Below are positions 60,748 through 64,000 of a stretch of 64,000 nt of DNA, piece after piece (positions within the stretch are counted from its first letter, which is position 1; each line of letters starts with the position of its first letter). The translations under genes and the position numbers were made by a program. The stretch lies in contig JBBQWS010000012.1 of the NCBI GenBank assembly GCA_038210415.1, positions 1,611 to 65,610 on the forward strand, given 5' to 3'. The notes under the pieces were generated by a model. The model searched no databases and had not been told where the DNA came from. It saw only the letters and a program-made list of their open reading frames with translations. Source of the DNA: Actinomycetes bacterium (lineage in GTDB: Bacteria > Actinomycetota > Actinomycetes > Prado026).

Positions 60748-61625
60748 TCGCGGCCCAGGTCTCGGTGCACGACGTGGGTGTCGACGCCCTCGGCGACCAG
60801 CTGCGCACCCAGCCGCTCGGCCATGGCGACGCTGCGGTGCTTGCCGCCGGTACAGCCGACCGCCAACGTGACGTAGCGCTTGCCCTCGCGGATGTAGCCC
60901 GGGATGACCAGGTGCAGCACCCCGCCGTACCGCACCAGCAGCTCCTGGGCGTCCGGACTGCTCGTGACGTAGTCCGCGACGTCCGGGTCGAGCCCCGTCT
61001 GCGGGCGTAGCTCCGGGACCCAGTGCGGGTTCGGCAGGAACCGCACGTCGACCACCAGGTCGGCGTCGACCGGCAGCCCGTACTTGAACCCGAACGAGAC
61101 CACGGTCGCCTGAAGCGGAAGGCGGTCTTCGCCGCCGAAAGCATGCTCGATCTGGATCCGGAGCTCGTGGACGTTCATGCCGCTGGTGTCGATGACGAGG
61201 TCGGCCTCCCCGCGCAGGTCGCCGAGAAGCAGCCGTTCGCGGGCGATCCCGTCGACGATGCGACCGTCGTCCTGCAGGGGGTGCTTGCGCCGTACCCCCT
61301 CGAACCTGCGCACCAGCGCCTCGTCGCTGGCCTCGAGGAAGACGATGCGCGGGTCGACTGCGAGCGCGCTCAGCTGGTCGATCGATTCGCGGAGGTCGGC
61401 GAAGAACGAACGTCCGCGGACGTCGACGACTGCGGCCACCCGCCGGATCGCCCCCTGGGTGTGGCCCGCCAGCTCGACCATCGGTCCGAGCAGGCCCGGA
61501 GGAAGGTTGTCGACGACGAACCAGCCGAGGTCCTCGAGCACCCGGGCCGCCGTGCTTCGGCCGGCCCCGGACATGCCGGTCACGATGGTGAGCTCAGGAC
61601 CAGGCGTCAGCTCGGCGGCGGTCAT
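60744..61625 (-). CDS. rapZ: RNase adapter protein RapZ (P-loop NTPase)
   Basis: 293 aa. TGMSGAGRSTA Walker A, and a C-terminal GCTGGKHRSV motif. Confidence 0.9.
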   Translation of the reverse strand: MTAAELTPGPELTIVTGMSGAGRSTAARVLEDLGWFVVDNLPPGLLGPMVELAGHTQGAIRRVAAVVDVRGRSFFADLRESIDQLSALAVDPRIVFLEASDEALVRRFEGVRRKHPLQDDGRIVDGIARERLLLGDLRGEADLVIDTSGMNVHELRIQIEHAFGGEDRLPLQATVVSFGFKYGLPVDADLVVDVRFLPNPHWVPELRPQTGLDPDVADYVTSSPDAQELLVRYGGVLHLVIPGYIREGKRYVTLAVGCTGGKHRSVAMAERLGAQLVAEGVDTHVVHRDLGRE

Positions 61626-61661
61626 GGGGCTGATTGTCGCGTACGCCGGACCCTGGTGGGC

Positions 61662-63638
61662 TCAGTCGAGGATCTCGCCGGTCGTGACGTTGACCGCAGC
61701 CACCGCGACCGGGTCGCCGACGGCCGGCTCGGCGAGCGCCCGCACGATCGCCGCGGCGGTCTGCGGGCCGATGCCGGCGACCTCGGCGACCTCGTCCTGG
61801 CTGGCTGCCCGAAGCCGCTTGACCGAGCCGAAGTGCCGGAGCAACGCCTTGCGGCGCACCTCACCCAACCCCGGCACGGCGTCGAGACGGGAGTCGACCA
61901 TGCTGCGCGAACGGCGCTGCCGGTGGTACGTGATCGCGAACCGGTGGGCCTCGTCGCGCACGCGTTGCAGCAGGTAGAGCGCCTCGCTCGTTCGCGGCAG
62001 GATCACCGGCTCCGGGTCACCCGGCAGCCACACCTCCTCCAGCCGCTTGGCCAGCCCGCACAGGGCGACATCGACGACACCCAGCTCGGCGAGGGACGCG
62101 CGGGCCGCCTCGACCTGGGGCTGACCCCCGTCGACCACGATGAGGTTCGGTGGGTAGGCGAACCGGCGCGGTCGACCGGTGTCGGGGTCGACGCCTGGCC
62201 GAGTCGAGTCCTCCTCGGCGGCCGCGAGCTCAGCCTGGTCGTCGAGATGGCGGCGGAACCGGCGGGTGATCACCTCGGCGATGCTGCGCACGTCGTCGGA
62301 ACCGTTCTCACCGACGGTTCGGATCTGGAACCTGCGGTACTCGGACTTTCGGGCGAGGCCGTCCTCGAACACCACCATCGACGCCACGATCTCGGTGCCC
62401 TGCAGGTTGGAGATGTCGAAGCACTCGATCCGTAGCGGAGCCTGGTCGAGGCCCAGTGCGTCCTGCAGCTCTTGCAGGGCGACGCTTCGGGCCGTCAGGT
62501 CGCCGGCCCGCCGGGTCTTGTGGAGAGCGAGGGTCTGCTGGGCGTTGCGCTGCACCGTCTCCTGAAGGGCGCGCTTGTCGCCACGCTGGGGCACTCGCAG
62601 CTCGACCGGCCCGCCGCGCAGCGACCCGAGCCACTCGGCGACAGCGACGGCGTCCTCGGGCAGCGCCGGGACCAGGACTTCGCGCGGCACGGCATCGCCT
62701 CGCTCGCCGCCGTACAGCTGGAGCAGGAGGTGCTCGACGAGGTCGCCCTCGCTGAGCTCCTCGGTGCGCTCGACGACGAAGCCCCGCTGCCCGCGGATCC
62801 GCCCGCCGCGCACGTGGAACACCTGGACCGCGGCCTCGAGCGGGTCGTCGGCCAGGGCGATGACGTCGGCGTCGGTGCCGTCGCCCAGCACCACAGCGCT
62901 CTTCTCCATCGCGCGGCGCAAGGCCCCGACGTCGTCACGGAGCCGGGCGGCCCGCTCGTAGTCGAGCTGGTCGGCCGCGTCGCGCATCTGCTGCTCGAGC
63001 CGTCGGGTGAACCGGTCGGTCTGGCCGGCCATGAACGCGCAGAAGTCCTCGACGACGGCGCGGTGCTCCTCGGCGGACACCGCGCCGACGCACGGCGCGG
63101 AGCACTTGTCGATGTAGCCCAGCAGGCACGGGCGCCCGATCTGACCGGCCCGCCGGAACACCCCGGCGCTGCAGGTGCGGACGGGGAAGACCCTGAGCAG
63201 CAGGTCGACGGTGTCGCGGATCGCCCAGGCGTGGGAGTACGGGCCGACGTAGCGCACACCTTTGCGCTTCGCCCCACGCAGCACCTGGACCCGAGGGAAC
63301 TCCTCGTCGACCGTCACGGCGAGGTAGGGGTAGCTCTTGTCGTCGCGGTACTTCACGTTGAACCGCGGGTCGTACTCCTTGATCCAGGAGTACTCCAGCT
63401 GCAGGGCCTCGACCTCGGTGGAGACGACCGTCCACTCGACGGACGCTGCGGTCGTGACCATCGACTGGGTCCGCGGGTGCAGACCGGCGAGGTCCTGGAA
63501 GTACGAGCCGAGCCGTGACCGCAGGCTCTTGGCTTTGCCGACGTAGATCACCCGACGGGACCCGTCACGAAAGCGGTAGACGCCGGGCTCGTCAGGCACG
63601 GACCCCGCTGCAGGTCGGTACGTCGACGGATCAGCCAC
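61662..63638 (-). CDS. uvrC: excinuclease ABC subunit C
   Basis: 658 aa. GIY-YIG N-terminus (GVYRFRD...[12 protein letters not shown]), UvrB-interaction region, Endo-V-like domain and C-terminal (HhH)2. Confidence 0.93.
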   Translation of the reverse strand: MADPSTYRPAAGSVPDEPGVYRFRDGSRRVIYVGKAKSLRSRLGSYFQDLAGLHPRTQSMVTTAASVEWTVVSTEVEALQLEYSWIKEYDPRFNVKYRDDKSYPYLAVTVDEEFPRVQVLRGAKRKGVRYVGPYSHAWAIRDTVDLLLRVFPVRTCSAGVFRRAGQIGRPCLLGYIDKCSAPCVGAVSAEEHRAVVEDFCAFMAGQTDRFTRRLEQQMRDAADQLDYERAARLRDDVGALRRAMEKSAVVLGDGTDADVIALADDPLEAAVQVFHVRGGRIRGQRGFVVERTEELSEGDLVEHLLLQLYGGERGDAVPREVLVPALPEDAVAVAEWLGSLRGGPVELRVPQRGDKRALQETVQRNAQQTLALHKTRRAGDLTARSVALQELQDALGLDQAPLRIECFDISNLQGTEIVASMVVFEDGLARKSEYRRFQIRTVGENGSDDVRSIAEVITRRFRRHLDDQAELAAAEEDSTRPGVDPDTGRPRRFAYPPNLIVVDGGQPQVEAARASLAELGVVDVALCGLAKRLEEVWLPGDPEPVILPRTSEALYLLQRVRDEAHRFAITYHRQRRSRSMVDSRLDAVPGLGEVRRKALLRHFGSVKRLRAASQDEVAEVAGIGPQTAAAIVRALAEPAVGDPVAVAAVNVTTGEILD

Positions 63639-63676
63639 CGGTCCACTGTACGGCGGGACTCAGACAGGCAGCGGTC

Positions 63677-63999
63677 TCAGCCGATGACGACCTGGTCCCC
63701 ACTCACGGAGGCCGAGCGCTTGGCGAGTCCCTGCTGAGCCGGCCCCTGCTGGACCGACCCGTCCTTGATCGAGAACCTGCTGCCGTGGCAGCCGCACACG
63801 ATCAGACCCGACTCGATCCGGCTGACCGTGCAGCCCTGATGCGGGCAGGTGCCGTCGAAGGCCAGGAATGTCCCTGCAGTCGGCTGGACCACTACGGTGC
63901 CGTCGGCGATCACCCCACTGCCGAGCGGTACGGACGCGACCGGGACCTTCTGCGTCTGGACCGCAGTCGCCCCGCCGCCCGCGGAAGATGTTCCGCCGC
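63677..63999 (-). CDS. Rieske [2Fe-2S] domain protein, probably lipoprotein/secreted; N-terminus lies beyond the right window edge
   Basis: CPHQGCTV ... CGCHGSRF Rieske ligands. The frame stays open upstream of track ORF 63677..63913 to the window end (...CGGTSSAGGGATAVQTQKVPVASVPLGSG...). Confidence 0.75.
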   Translation of the reverse strand, partial: GGTSSAGGGATAVQTQKVPVASVPLGSGVIADGTVVVQPTAGTFLAFDGTCPHQGCTVSRIESGLIVCGCHGSRFSIKDGSVQQGPAQQGLAKRSASVSGDQVVIG

Positions 64000-64000
64000 A

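Overview
High-GC (about 70%) actinobacterial chromosome segment, densely coding, with no rRNA, tRNA, CRISPR array, IS element or integrase that I could recognise. The backbone is the conserved actinobacterial housekeeping block. From memory it is syntenic with M. tuberculosis uvrC-rapZ-yvcK-whiA, gap-pgk-tpiA, secG, pgl-opcA-zwf-tal-tkt, ctaB/ctaA, sufRBDCSU-T, ABC-F/HTH/echA and fabG1-inhA. Lineage-variable modules are interleaved with it: a cyanophycin locus (cyanophycinase plus cyanophycin synthetase); a secreted GH5 hydrolase; a SatD/DUF3307 pair; a cyanophycin-synthetase paralogue that lacks the ATP-grasp domain; qor-tldD-pmbA; an AAC(3) acetyltransferase; a DUF4397 / class F sortase / ECF sigma / RskA anti-sigma operon; a two-component system with a Pro/Thr-rich membrane protein; and a five-gene peptide ABC importer wedged between tpiA and secG. 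Directly visible oddities are a 1-nt frameshift splitting transketolase, a decayed GNAT gene, an enoyl-CoA hydratase whose conserved N-terminus has no canonical start codon, and a perfect 15-bp inverted repeat inside the opp operon. The best candidates for undescribed biology are the DUF4397-sortase F-sigma/anti-sigma operon, whose substrate-like C-terminal signal has no LPXTG, and the stand-alone N+M cyanophycin-synthetase-like ligase. All functional calls come from motif and family recognition by eye, with no searches run. Start codons are often uncertain. Many long ORFs in the track are antisense or out-of-frame artefacts typical of high-GC DNA.
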